DNA of 63,630 bases, filler included, from Intoshia linei (Eukaryota > Animalia > Orthonectida), in the NCBI GenBank assembly GCA_001642005.1. It is 6 parts of 6 records of this genome, joined end to end, with 100 filler letters (N's around TTAATTAATTAA, not from the genome) between each part and the next. Parts side by side here need not be neighbours in the genome. Positions count along the whole stretch, not along the records: positions 36,532 to 54,617 come from LWCA01000785.1; 5 more parts are not named here. One strand, given 5' to 3'. A program made the translations under genes and the position numbers. Each line of letters starts with the position of its first letter. Positions within the stretch are counted from its first letter, which is position 1. The notes beneath the pieces were generated by a model that had not been told where the DNA came from, made no database searches, and was given only the letters and a program-made list of their open reading frames with translations. Of this stretch, positions 38,368-52,964 are shown piece after piece.

Positions 38368-41300
38368 GTTACAAATCAAAATTAAACTTCATTTATATAT
38401 TATTTACTTTTGGTTTGATTGAGTGATAAATTTAATTTATTTTGATAAAATAATATAATAATTATGAGATTTATACATTTTTGTTTGTGTATCAATCACT
38501 ATTGTTACGTACATATTTTTGATAAATTGATTAATTCTTTTTTCACAGTTGACATTATTCTGTAAGATGTCTATAATTTATCTGCAAGATATTTATTATA
38601 ATTTCACATAATGACATGTAATTATGTGAAGCGATTCAATTGGTTTCAAATAATGACTATAAGATATGAATGAGAATTATATAATTGTCACATTTTTCTA
38701 ATACTGTATCATAATTATTACAATCGTCATGAAGGGAGAATTCATGATCTGGAGGATTTTTTCAAAGTGAAAACTAAAAATATTGTAATGAAAGCAATTT
38801 AGTGGACTTATTACCAGCACAGTGGTGAAACCGGGATAAGTAGGAAAATTTGAGAAGGTGAAGGTGTATTTGAAATTTTGACATCCTTATTTATATAAAA
38901 TAACTAGCTTCACCGTTATGTACTTAGTTAGAGAACAGCAAGCTCTGCCGAGGGCAGATATGTTAAGCTTAAACCAGATTTTTAATTTTCAGTAAAAAAC
39001 TGTATCATGGATCAGAACCGAACCTATATGTTCGAGTCTCACAAAAAAATCAAAAATATGCCCTTAAAAGTTTTTGCAAACGATACGTAATTCTATATAA
39101 CCGGAACGCCTCTCCACAGGCCTCTGGTATCCAGACTCTGCATTAACAGTTTACATTTGAAACACAAAATAGTAATAACGGTCAATATAGATGGAAAATA
39201 ATCTACCTATATTTAATATGACATTACTGTAAAAATTGCAATCGAGAAAAAATCGTAAATGTTTTGAATTCGAGCGGCCATGGTTTTTTTAATTTTTGGA
39301 AAATTTTTTTGGTCATCAATGCTAAGATTATTCAAAAGATAATACATATTAACGTCTTCGATTACGGACTAAAATTGGCGAGTTCTTTCTTTGTCATTAT
39401 AATTGTATCCAGATAATTTTTTAAATAGTTTTGTATTCATTGTGCTAGATTAATTTTTTTAAATTAATGTTCGAATGATAAAACTAGAATTTTAATTTGA
39501 TATGGCTTGCATGTATTAATACAAATTTAGAATTCATTGTTTATTATCATTATTTAATAAGTATTCCGTTAATCTTATCACTGATCTAATTTAAGTCTGA
39601 TAATGAACCATTCAATTTGAAATATTCAATAATATAAATATTATATCATATATTATTAATACTAATCATATAGTATATATACATATACGAAGTCGCAAAG
39701 GGCTGGACGGAAATTTGAAAATAGCTGCAAGTTTGACACGGCTGACTTAGACTATACTAAATTTTTATTATTTACAAAATTTTGATAAAATGCGAATCAC
39801 ATTATGAGATTCACATTATGTGAATATCAATTAATTAATCTTGTATATTTGACATCATTTGCGTTTATCAAAATCAAAATACAATGAATTGTATACTTTC
39901 CAAAATTGGACATTTATCTATTAACAAAATAAATTTAAATGATGGATTGAACTATTAATTGTATTAAAATTGTAAATACCGGTGATACACACTTTCTTCT
40001 ATCGAACATAAACTCGAGGCCACCCTGAAAATGATAAATAGGGACCAAAATGTTTTTTACCCTAAAAGAATTGTATAATTATAAAAAAATAAATTTTGGG
40101 ATAGTTTTTAAATAAATTTTAATCTGCATTTATAGTTTACATCAGGCATTATCAAGGGGGTCCATGAAAATTATATACATTTATTACATATTATAGACAT
40201 TTTCAGTAACATAAAGTCGTTTTTTCAAAACAAAAGTCCATTTTATTCTCTTTGTTGTTGATAAATATTGATAATAACGCAATTAACATTGGAGATTTAT
40301 CGAAAAAATGAAAGTTGAAATGTATTATTCATAAATATAAATTGAACTCAAAGGAAATGATTCTCTTGTTTTTTTACAGAATTGACAATTCATTGTAGTT
40401 GTTGAATGTTTTATATGATCAATTGCATCATATCTTATTAATAAGATAATATTTCCAATAGGTTGGCGTATTCTTCCCTCCAAATTGATTTGTTTTTAGC
40501 TAGCCAAAGGATACATTTATTTTATGATAATGATGTTACATCAACATCGTTATAATTCCACGTAGCTACGAAGACATTTAGAGCACAAATAGTAATCATA
40601 TGGACTCTTTATTTTCTGGTCAGATTATTTTTTGATACAAGGTATTTTGGAGGAATCAAGGTATTACCTTTTATTATCAAGTTTTATTTTGATATTTTAA
40701 TGGGACAAAAATTAAGTCAATATTCATGATTCTATGAAACATCTAATAAGGAATATAAAATATTAATTTTTCACAGGGATGATAAATAATATAGACTTTT
40801 TAAGGATCTGATAAAATATGTAGTAAACAATTAATAATGTACTGTAAACAATACTTGAAAAACATGTTCCATTTTGAGAACATTGACGAGTTAAACGTTA
40901 ATATTAATAGTTCATCAAGTATATCATCTCGCAAAAATAACGTACTCCATATCTTTTGACTATCATTTGTTTCATCCAAATGTAAGGATTCATTAAAAAT
41001 TGTCATTATTATTTATTTTTTTGGGGTTCCACAGGTTTTTTTTAATATCATCTTAGGGGTCCACAGCGAAAAAGGATTGAGAATGCCTGGTTTACATTAA
41101 AATAAATTTGATAGTAATAATGCAATTTGTTTGCATAAAACTTAAATTTCATCGAGGGAAACATTTTACCGTGTCGTAGGCGCGAGGATGAGGACACCTG
41201 TTGCATACTAATATATAGAATACTAAATAATGCTTAATTTTTAGTGAGTACACTTTTTCTGTAAGCAGAATATTATAAAAAAGTTAATCAATAAAAAACA

Positions 41301-44300
41301 CATTTTAAAACATGTTTAACGATTAGAAACTATTGGACAAGATTGGTCTCTCCAAATAACAATGTTAGAAATTGTGGATACTTTTTATCGATTAAGTTAA
41401 AAAAGTTGATTCAAAGAAATAATCCAGAAAAACAATAAAATCGAACTAAAATTAAACTAAAAATACACTACATTGATTTGAAAGTTGCTAAAAATCTAAT
41501 CCAAATGGTATCCAACTTGTTTCATAAAATCAGTGACCAATCTAATTGATACATGTTTAACTAGAGTGTATAAATGTTTTTCTTGGTAAATATAAAATAA
41601 AATTACATCAAACACGATAATTAGTACATTTTAATTCATAAATATATTTACGACAGAGTTCAAACTTGATTTATCAAATTTTTAATAATCAGAGATTTAA
41701 TTCATCAATTTTATGACATTAACCAGGCATTTATCCATTGAAATTAAACAAGTCGAGTCCAAGGTTATTTTTTATTAAAATGTAAAAGTGGAATAACTAT
41801 TTATTTATTTTTTTAAATTAGAGTCATGTCATTTGCGACATAACAATCTATTTAAAAATGGTTCAAAGTTGATTTTAAAATAGATTAATGAAAGTAATAA
41901 TATACATATAAATGTTTTTATACTGATAAATGCAATTTATTAAAATAGTCATGTGGAAAATTATCGCATAGATAAAGTGCAAAAAATGAACCTTCATTGA
42001 TGATACTAACCTTTTTTAGTAGTTACATTCATTATCAATTGTACTTGTCGTATTTGTTCAAAATTATACATGTTTAATTCATAAACACATCTATAAATAT
42101 CTAACATTAAAAAAATTGTTAGATTCTTTAAATTATTTTTTGTACGCCTTGTATAATCAATCTTAAATCTCATTTTTTATTTCACACAAATGTTAAATTC
42201 GTGTTAATTTATAATAAAAAATATTTTTATTAAATTTACAGCGTTTAACGGGTTAATTAATATGACAGTTATATAAACCGTTTATCGTACAATGTGTCGA
42301 ATCCTAGATTGAACACTTGTGTCATATCAAATCCCTAATGCGAATAAAAAACACTGCTGATTTATAAACTAAAATTCAGACACGCCTTTATAAACAATAT
42401 GACTAAAATTATGAACACTTGTTGCAATGTTATTATATTCTCCATTTCATTAGTCCTTGAGCAAAACAATATCAACAAATAATTTAGAGGTCAGTTTAAA
42501 TAAAATTGTTTGCATTTTAAGTAAATAATCATATTTCGAATTAGAAAATAAGTTATATTTGCATTTTTTAAATTTATTAAAACATTTTTTATCAATTTAA
42601 CGTATTTATTCACTAACAAGTTTTTCTTTACCATCAATATGTAAGTTAATGTTATTTTCATTTTATATATTTTAATCACGATTTAAACGTGTTTAAATAA
42701 TTTTTATGTCCTGTAAAATATAATTTAGAATAATGATTGAAAATTTAAAAAAAAATTGGATCAATTGTTGGAAAAAAATTAATAGAGGTTTTTATAATAC
42801 TACATACATTTGTGTTTATATTTTTTTTGATATCTGTATTTATTATATATAATTAAAAAGGATAATTAAATTAATTTCAAAAGTATTGATAATGACAAAC
42901 TGAATACTATTTTTTTAGGCAAGTTATTAAACAAATATTTCTATACTCTTCCAATGTCAATGTATAATATACATTGTACAATGCATGTTCACTTTTATTT
43001 GAGTATATATAAAACTTTGTACAATTTTATTATTTAAATAGACTATCTATTGCTAGAATAAATATTTAGTTTTCTTACTGCTGAAAATAAATTGGATTTC
43101 AGCCTGCTGTTTAATTTTCTTCGTTGTATCATGATTAATTATTTACATGTTTTCATTTTTCGGAATATTATAAAAACTTTCAAAAATTTACAGGTTTTGA
43201 ATAGATTATATACATTTAATGGTTTCTACTTTTATAAATTGTTAAATTGAATTTAATATACTCTGTAGTTTTATACGTTTGATAAATTTTTGCATATGAC
43301 CTGTTGCAACTTTCAATAAATTTGCCTTCATTCATTGACTAAATAAACAAATTGGTACACACTTTCCAAATATCCCACCATGTGGGATAGTTACATTATA
43401 CAAATGTGTTTAATTCACGTTAAGGTTGTTAATTTCAAACCTTTTTTTGATTTTTAAAAAGGAAGACACTATAAATAATAAATAAACACAATAATAAACA
43501 GTTAATCTAAAAAATTCTGGATCATATTGGTACTTAATTCAACTAAAATATATTTATAAAAAATGGTAGCAACCTTAATACATATTTACATCGGTTCAGA
43601 GTAATTTAGTAGCTAGAGTTGAGTACTTTTTTCTAATTTAAAATTACATTTGTCAATGTCAACATTATATACATTTGGAAAATCCAAATTAGACATCATT
43701 TTGAATATATATACTACACTTTGAGTTATATAGTTCATATGTAATTTCATATAGTTGGAAAATATAGAAATGCTAACTAATTAGAAATTTATCACACGCA
43801 TAGTGTTAATGTTATCATAGGTATGACAACGTGTCTTAAAAATGAAAATGCTGAGTCAACACTTTCACCACACCTGGTCACATTTAAAGATTCGTACGTT
43901 GCATTGTAGGGGAACTGTGATGAAATTACATGTTCCAAAATTAGTACATAATTTAAAAATATGTCATACCTGGGTCCCCTTGTCAGAACATAACCTAAAG
44001 TACAGTCATGAAGATGATGTAGTAGAAAAATAAAGCCACCATATTACACAAATTGAAATGTTATTTAAAAGTCAAGTCAATACCCTTGATGAGACGGCTA
44101 GGGGCTATATAACACAACGATCATTTGAGAAACTTTTTGGTCGTATTTTATCTTCAGAGGATCGAGCTTGGTAGGTTCGGCTATGCCCCTATTAATAAAC
44201 TAGAATTTTCAAAAAAAATTAAGAATCAAAATATTATACAAATTAAATTTTATTAGGGATCAAAATTTTACATTGACAATTAATTGATCAAAATATTGGG

Positions 44301-47300
44301 ATTTACTATTTAGTATATTAAATACTACGGTGACACCAACAATATCAACATTTCATCATACATCAAATATTCTTTATAAATTTAAGTCACCAAATAAAAA
44401 GTATTTTTTTATTGTGTTTATTAATAATGAATATAATTTTATATTTTTATCGTATATTTAACCTTTGCAAATTTTCGAATATAGATATTTTTATCCATTT
44501 CACAGATGCGCCCTGAAGTAAAAAAGGTTAAGAAACATTGATCTATAGTGATACGTTCAAAAATTTAAAATTCCCAACTGGTACGAATAGTGGAGGCTTC
44601 ACTCTAATTTGTCATAATTAAATTGTAAAATTGCCCTACCCATAGGAAACTTTACTATGCCATATTTTCTCATCTTATCTAAATCCGTGTTATAACATGG
44701 ATATCCAATGTACAGAAATTGTAAGTGCATTGTAAGACAATGTAAAGTGCCCATTAAACAATTTAAGAGATAAGAACATTGAATTCATCGATTTTTCTTA
44801 ATTATAAATCTATATGCTTCAAAATTAATCATTATTGGAAAGGTACTAAGCAGTCAAAATTATTTAAAAGATAAATATATTCTAAAATTAACATTAACAA
44901 TACTCAGCCAACATTTTAAAGTGCGATAATTACCATGAAAATGATTTCATTCAATCAACCAATCACCATCACCGTTTATTTTAATGCTATTACATATAAT
45001 GTATTGTTTTCATACAATTACATTTTATTCGTTACATTATAGCAGTAAACAATACTGCGTGTGTAAAATTTGAAAATTGTTAGCATTTCTATATTTTCCA
45101 ACCACTGCAGTGCACTGCATATTCAGTAGATAAAACAGATAGTGATAAATGAATATGTAGCTAATAAAATCCAATCATGTTGAGAATATTACAGTATCAC
45201 ATTGTTTTTAACTTTTCATAGTTCACCATTTATGATTCAACATTCATTTTACAATTATAAATTACAATTCCAATTGATAATTATCAGAAAGATTTCATTA
45301 GATTACGTTGTATTGTTTTTCCAAGTTTTATACACAAAAATGTACAATATCACACCCGCTGAGAATTATTTATATTGACATTTTCAATGGCTCATAAGTC
45401 ATGACTCACGAGTTTTTATTTTAAACGTATATCATTAATATCATTAATATTCCCTACAGACGAATATTAATTATATTAAAAATTTAAAGTTTAATTTATT
45501 AATTTTAAATTAAAAATAAGTGTATTTATTTCATTTCAACAGAAATGATCCAACCGGTTTTCGGAGTTCAAGTGAAAATTCCATTACTAGGTACACCATG
45601 CCGTATAAATAAATATTTCTTTTAATAATAATATATACCATATATCAGAAATTATAACTACAATTATGTATAATTGTACTGTAAAAGATTCGAATATAGG
45701 AAAATTAAGATTATCTGTTAATTATAAGTATTATTTTAAAACTATAATGAACGGTAAATGTCAATAAACTTCTGACATCAAAATATCTTGAGATTATATT
45801 AACGGTTTTAATAGCACTAGAACACAAACATGTTGCACGTGTCATAGATTGACGGTGCCTCTCCAAATATGTCAACATACAAATATTCAACTTGATAGTC
45901 CATATTCTTTAATACCTTACAATGATATTATTCAATGTTTTATGAGATTAGGAGATTATAGGATTATAATCGAAATTAGTTTCGTTAATCTTAAATCTTT
46001 TATAAAGTTCAAATTATTCGGCATTATAAGGTTTAGTAATAGATTAAGATTCGAACCAATAGTCAACTGAAAATTATGAATTATTATTTCCAAAATTCGA
46101 ATGAGTCATTAATACTCATCAATAAATTGATAATTCATATTTCTTGTCTATGTATTCATTTTTCTTCTATTGGAATCTATAATATTTTTAAATGTAATGA
46201 ATATAACTGTAAAATTAAAATTTCATTATATTGTCGATTTTTCATATTATCCATATTTGTAGTGTACGCATCGACCTAAACCAAGAAAGTTTGAAAATAA
46301 TCTATTAATTACATTTCAGTACTTTATAAACAGTTTTTATGATAATTTTTTCATATTGAAAAATCAGAAAAAATTCTAGTAATTAGTAATATCTGCATTT
46401 ATTGATGCTATGTATTCTAAAAGCAGTTTTTAATTTTAATGCTAATATAAAAATTATTCTTTATAAATTATAATGCAGAGATTTTTAAATTAATCAAATT
46501 TTTAAAATTTTTTAAATCCCAGATTGATACTATATAATGTTAATATGATCATTATAAAATAATTTCTAAAAATATACTGAATTAGTTGAATAGATAAAAT
46601 TAATAAAAAATTAATTGAATTATATACGCAGAGTTAAGGCTTATAGTACTTTGATGCGATTTATTTACCGTATAAATTGCTAACTCTCTCTGTTATTCAC
46701 TCATTGTTATTCATTGTTGCATGCATACATTAATTTTATTTTTATGGCAATTTGAGGCTGAAATTGTTATTATAATTAATTGCTCTCCATTCTATTAAAA
46801 TCAGCTATTGATGTTTAATTATATAAATCAGTTATAAGTTTCTCAAATTGGAGAGATGGTCATGTGGGAATTAAGATTCACTTTTATTTACCGATAAAAT
46901 CCAGCAATATAATTCAAACTTTAAATTTAGTATTAAAATTAAAATTAAAATTACATAATTTTCAAAAAATCTTTTTTGATTCACAAGTCAGGTAAAATCA
47001 TCATGTTTCGCAGTTCTAACCATAACGTTTCTGTGTAATCCTTATTTATATTAATTATAAATTATTAATTTACATGTAAAATATAAGAAAATTAAAATAA
47101 TAATATAATTTACCTAAAATACTCTAAAAATGATTGAATGTCGATAATGGAAATTTACATAAGAAATTGCTTGTTTAAAAATTCCGCCATAACAAAGTGA
47201 TGTAAACATTAATTCATTCCTAATCATTAATTATATTACCTGTCGTAGATAAGGAAATTAACAAAAGGCGCATTTTTTATAAATAAAATACAATAATGTA

Positions 47301-48049
47301 AAATAATTAGCGAATTATGTGCATTCCCATTTGCACAAGGCTAAATCCTGGCAAATTAACAAGTAAATTTTTGATAAATTATATTAATGATATCGATTAT
47401 TATGAATAAATTGATCCTTAAGAAAAATTTTAGCTTTAGATCAAATATCTTGTAATTAATTTTATTGTATACAAACGACGAAATATAGCACCACATTTAC
47501 ACGTTTTTCTGTTATTTTAAATCGAAAACACATTTAGAATGAAATTAACATCTTTGTTACAACTTGTGACTAATCGATATTTGTATAGGGAATTATATAA
47601 TGGTACCCGAGGCAATTTAAATTCATCCTGTATATTAAAATTATAGTATTTTTTTGGTAAACAAATTAAAATTTAAAATCGATCGAATCATTTGATCTAC
47701 TAAATTCTGAAATTGATGAAAATTTCTAACATCTTACACAATTGACCCCAATTTGATCTATATTAACCCTACCAGAATCGAGTTACCGAATAGTGTTTTG
47801 TTATGTTTGTTTGGCTCTGTTCACTTATGTTCCATTGCAATTACATTACATTACAATTGTATCAAAATTGTACTGAGTTTTCCTAATAAATTAAAAATCA
47901 TCTCTATTAATTTATGATGTATTTCAGGCTCACCCTCATGTCAGTGCACAATGGTGCCTATTTTATGAAAAAAATTTTATGCTAACTATCAAATTTATTG
48001 TAATTTAAACTAAAATATTGCAGATTAAAAATTTTTTTAATTTATGTTA

Positions 48050-48627
48050 CTCTCTTTTCTCGATTATAAGAATTCTTCTTATATTCAAAAACAAGCAGAC
48101 TTTTAAGCAGACCTTGAAAAATATAAAAAATACACTAAAAGTTTGCTTTTATATTTTAAGAACTCGTTAGATTTGTATTAAATTACAACTTGAGGTATTC
48201 TCAAAATCAATGTTTTATTTTAGATAAAACTTATAAATTAAATAATGAGGTCTGTGAAACACTTAAAGAATATTTGGTCCTGCTTGATATTATTGATTAT
48301 GAGTACATTGAAAATATTAAAAACACGTCCGAATTACCTTATCTTAATGAATATTTTGTTGTTTCTAAAAAAATTAAAATTCAGATTACTTTCAACGAAT
48401 TGCATAAACAACATATGGTATATGGTAGAAGCAAAACTTCTAAATTAGACATTCTATTGAATGAAGGAAGTTATTTTTTAAAAATAAATTGATATGTTGT
48501 CTATTTTTTGTTTAAAGTTCTTTCTTTCGAATAAAAGCAGAAATTGCTTATATTCAAATTTTATTTAGTTAAAAATTTCACTGAAAATTTTTATTTCAAG
48601 GGACTGCTTATAATCAAGAAAAGACAG
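48050..48627. mobile_element. TA-flanked TIR element (pogo/Tc1-type MITE) containing a 100-codon ORF
   Basis: TA-CTCTCTTTTCTCGATTATAAG ... CTTATAATCAAGAAAAGACAG-TA (21-bp TIR, 2 mismatches). Confidence 0.7.
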
Positions 48628-49614
48628 TAGGACTTTTCATTTTAAAAAAAATGGTCATTTTGATTTATGACCCTGGAGACCTCAATTCGTGGGAATTAAA
48701 TTTTCAATAGAACATGACTCGTAAAACACTATTAAAAATTGGGTTTCTTTAAAATTTAGGAGGCTTAATATTTTAATTAAACGGTAATACAGACATTTAT
48801 ACATGTATTATATATGATGTTTGAATTCCTCATAATTAATCTCAAAAACTATAAATAAAGTTTATTATAAACTCAAAAAAGCTACTAATATCAATCACAA
48901 TTAAAAATAATTTAAAAATCTCCCTTCAGGGGTTTGATTAAAAAATACTATAAAAATTCTCATTTAATGGTAAGTTAAAAAAATCTTTCAAAACCCTCTC
49001 CTTTAAGGTTTGGTAAAAAATAATCTGCAAGTTCCAAAAGTGCATATATAGGTGAACACAAGAGCATATACAATATAATTTATAATAACATATATGTATA
49101 ATAATAATAATAATAGCATAATATGTATATAAGTGAATAAGTCAGTATTATAAACTCAAAATAAATTTCGTAAAAACCAAAATAAATGAGCTAGAACTGA
49201 ATTTAACAAAACAAAATGGTCCACAAAACATGGTAAACACATCAAAGGATTTCCAACCATAGAAACAACCAAAATCTGATTATAAATAAAATAAAGTTAT
49301 ATTTTATATTTTTGTATGAATTTCAATAATTACATTTGAGGGGTAAATTTTAACCGATTTTATTTTTTTCTGGATAAATGGATTCAAAGGGTGTAGAAGG
49401 TGAAGTTGCAAGAGAAGTTGTGAAGTAGAAATTTTTTTAAAAAAATTTTTAGTTAATGTTTTGTAAAATAACTGAAAAAGGTTTTAATTTATTAAAACAA
49501 TATAGATGGCGCATAAAATTACATGTCATTACATGAACAATTGATCATGTGACTTAAGGCCTTTTGTTACATGTACAATGTGCATTGCAGATCTATAATT
49601 GACATCTCTTTTTT

Positions 49615-49830
49615 TGTGCTGATCATTTTTTTTAATTTTGCGAAAAAATACAAATTTGGAAACTATGGTATAACAATCTTTAAATAAAATTAAAAGAGAC
49701 GCTTTAAAATCAAACTAGACGCCTTAATATTAAAAGAGACGCCCTAAAAATTTATTAGGAGTTATTAAGAAGTTAAATATATTGCTCGCTTCGCTCGCAT
49801 CCCATTAACTAAATTCTTGGATCCGCCCTG
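49615..49830 (+). mobile_element. hAT terminal fragment
   Basis: Ends TCTTGGATCCGCCCTG. Reverse complement of 52965-53135, sharing GCGAGCGAAGCGAGCAATATATTTAACT. Confidence 0.75.
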
Positions 49831-52800
49831 CCTAATATAAATTTAAAATGTTTTTCAAATTTTTTCATCCATCCAGTGTGAGCTATAAAATATAAGACAT
49901 GGTAGAATGTGTCATTATTTGAATTAATATGCAAGTTTTATGGAATAACATCATAATTTATCTGTTTAATGGTTAAATACCTTTTTAAATTTTGGAAAAT
50001 CTTGACCCAACACTATCTTAAACTAATAAAAAATGTAGTTTGACCTTTATTTCAGATTTCAATGTTTTATCTTTTACCCTTTAAGGATCTTGAGATAAAA
50101 TGACAATATTCGTAAACTCTGTAATAAAATGATACCAGGTTTAAAACAAATCTAAAAGTGTGATATCAATTCTTAATCTTGATGGAAAGAAGTCAATATT
50201 TATTTATTAGCTACATCTATTTTACTTACTATTTTAATATTGTAATTAATCCAAGAAAGGTAAAAGAATATTTTGAGTCCTCTAACAAAGTTTTCCGATC
50301 AAAATATTACTAAAATTTAATGCAGGTTTAGTTTTCATTGAAATTTAGTATACCATCAATAAAGTGGTAAATCATCATTCCTCATTTTCAATCAAAGAGT
50401 AATTGTCATTGAAAAGTCAATTTGTTTGAAAATTAACCATAAAATACCTACTTTTAAAAATTTTAGGTGCACATATATTAAAGTTTTATTTAGTTTTTAG
50501 TTTTTATTAGTTTTATTTATTTCTATTTTTCAAATTAACACTTTTCTCAGTATTTCAAATGAATTTTAAAATTTTTCCAGGTATTTCTTTTTAAAATCCT
50601 TATCCATATCTATTTTATTATATTGTTATTACCATATTATTCTTAAATTTTCTTGGTTATGATAGGTAAGAAAAACTATTAAGAAGAAGTATCCCTTTAT
50701 ATTTTAAATTTTTATTTTGCCGTCATTTTCATTATTATATTTGATACAAAGTTTAATAAAAATGCAAGCTCTACGAAATCAATTTGTAAATACTATTTAA
50801 ATAAATTATCTACGTATTATAAAACATTTATGTTATATTTACAATTTCTACATTCTGTATTTTAAAAAGTTGTGTAGTTGACTATTTTTTTAAAATTAAA
50901 TTGCAGTGCACTAAATGTTTTAGATTAATGTGTATTAATAACTATATAATACACATTTCTTTTACTTTTAAATCAACTGATGTACCTGAAAAATATTATT
51001 ACTTGAATTTTGAATTGATTAGTAAATTTATTTATTTATTTCAATACTTTACATTCATTTTTTGTACTACATTTATTAATAAACTTACTTTAAGGCATTC
51101 CCTTCATTAATTGTCATTTTTGATGTATTAATGTTAAACTATTTAATTTGAATATATAAATAAAAATTGAAACTAATATAACTAATTTACATATTTATAA
51201 TAGTTTTGTTTGACATGAAATGAAAATTGACCTATTCACACCTTTAAATTACCTTAAGCAGTAGTTTTCGCATTAAGAACGGTTTATAATTATAATTAAT
51301 TATACTCCAACGTGATACCAAATGTTAACAATTTATAATGAATTCAAGTCAATTACATCAATAATTGAACGTCAATGTATAATACAATTCAAGAAACGCG
51401 GTACCTTTATGATATTGTCCATTTTTCAATTTTACTTGCAAATTGCAATTGTGAATTAATGGAAAAACCATGGGTACAAGTACTGAAAAACGGCTATTTG
51501 AACGTATTGTATATACATTTGAATTGCAATAATATTTATCATTTATGTAAATTTTTGTTAAAGTTTAATGCCACAACATATAAAATTACAAATCAAAATT
51601 TTTTTTTTTTTATTATTAACAAATTGTAAATTAATCTTGAAATTATAAATATTTTATAGTTAAAATTTGATTATCCAAATTGATTAAATCGGATTAGCAT
51701 TTAGGGTTACTGACGCATAAATAACAAATTTTGACAAAGTCAACACTAAATTTTATGACACGACCAATTTTTATTATTTGCTGATAAAGGAACCAATTGC
51801 TTATCAATAATTTTTATTACTGTTAATGTTAAGAGGTGTAACATTTACATTTTATAATATTTTTAATGATAATTCTAGATTAATGATAAAAATATATCTT
51901 TAATCTAGTGTATATATAGTTATGTTTATTGGGCTAATTTTATAATGTATTCACTTTTATTTTAAGATATAAAACTACGTAATTTTTGTTTGAACAATTT
52001 TTATTTACTATATGTACTAAAGTACACGTATAAATGTCTATTTTTATTATTGAAAGTTTCCAAATTTAGTAATTATAAAAATGTATATTTTTCTATATTA
52101 TATCGATGGGTTTTTGAGTGTATTGTATATGTAATGGAAAATGTAAGCGTCTGGTGAAGTAAACTGTTGTAAATTATAACTTTCCTTTTTTCTTACATTT
52201 ATTTTGTATTCACACAGTATTGTATCAATTTTTGTCGTTTTTTGTAATGTTATGAAACAGGAGTTATTGTAAATAAAATCAATCTGGAGGGAGAATAAAC
52301 CGACCTGTTGGAAATTTTTACCTGATTAATAAGATGTGATGCAATTGATCATATAAAACATTTAAATACTCCAATGAGCAATGTCAATTCTGTAAAAAAG
52401 CAAGAGAATCATTTGCTCTAAGTTTAATCTATAGTTGTGAATAATACATTTTAACTTTCATTTTTGTCAAGAAATCTAGAATGTTCCCAAAATGGAACAT
52501 CGGTAACATCGAACTCGTAGCTGCATATATTTTTACAATTACCTATATTGGTATATTCAACCTGAATAAGACATTTATAGATTCACCAATTTTACCTTGA
52601 CATCAACGCCCCACTCATAAACCTGAAAGTGGTCTTTAACTGGAACGAATGTAGAGTTTACTAATGTTATATTTGAAAAATACACAAATTAGCTATTTAT
52701 TTGATGGGTAAGAATTCTATGTTTCATTTTTTATGAAACTGTTGAAATTGACAAAAAGATGGGAAAATATCAGCATATATTTGTGATCAGTAATTTTGAT

Positions 52801-52964
52801 GCAACTTTTTTATATTATGTCCCGTTTAACCATTTATTTTTGTATTAGTTATTTTATTACAATTAAATCAAAAACAGTATGCCTCAAATTTTAATTAATA
52901 TATTTTTTTTATTTTAATTTATATTGTAAAACGTGTTCCAAGGCTTCAAATAGTATACAGTTCA

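Noticed and set aside
190-38960. Recurrent ~45-bp motif TTGACTGTTATGTACTACGTACAAACAGCACCTAGCTCTGCC as a CRISPR-like or ncRNA repeat
   Set aside because: Dispersed, in both orientations, with no regular spacers. Explained as the Helitron 3' hairpin end.
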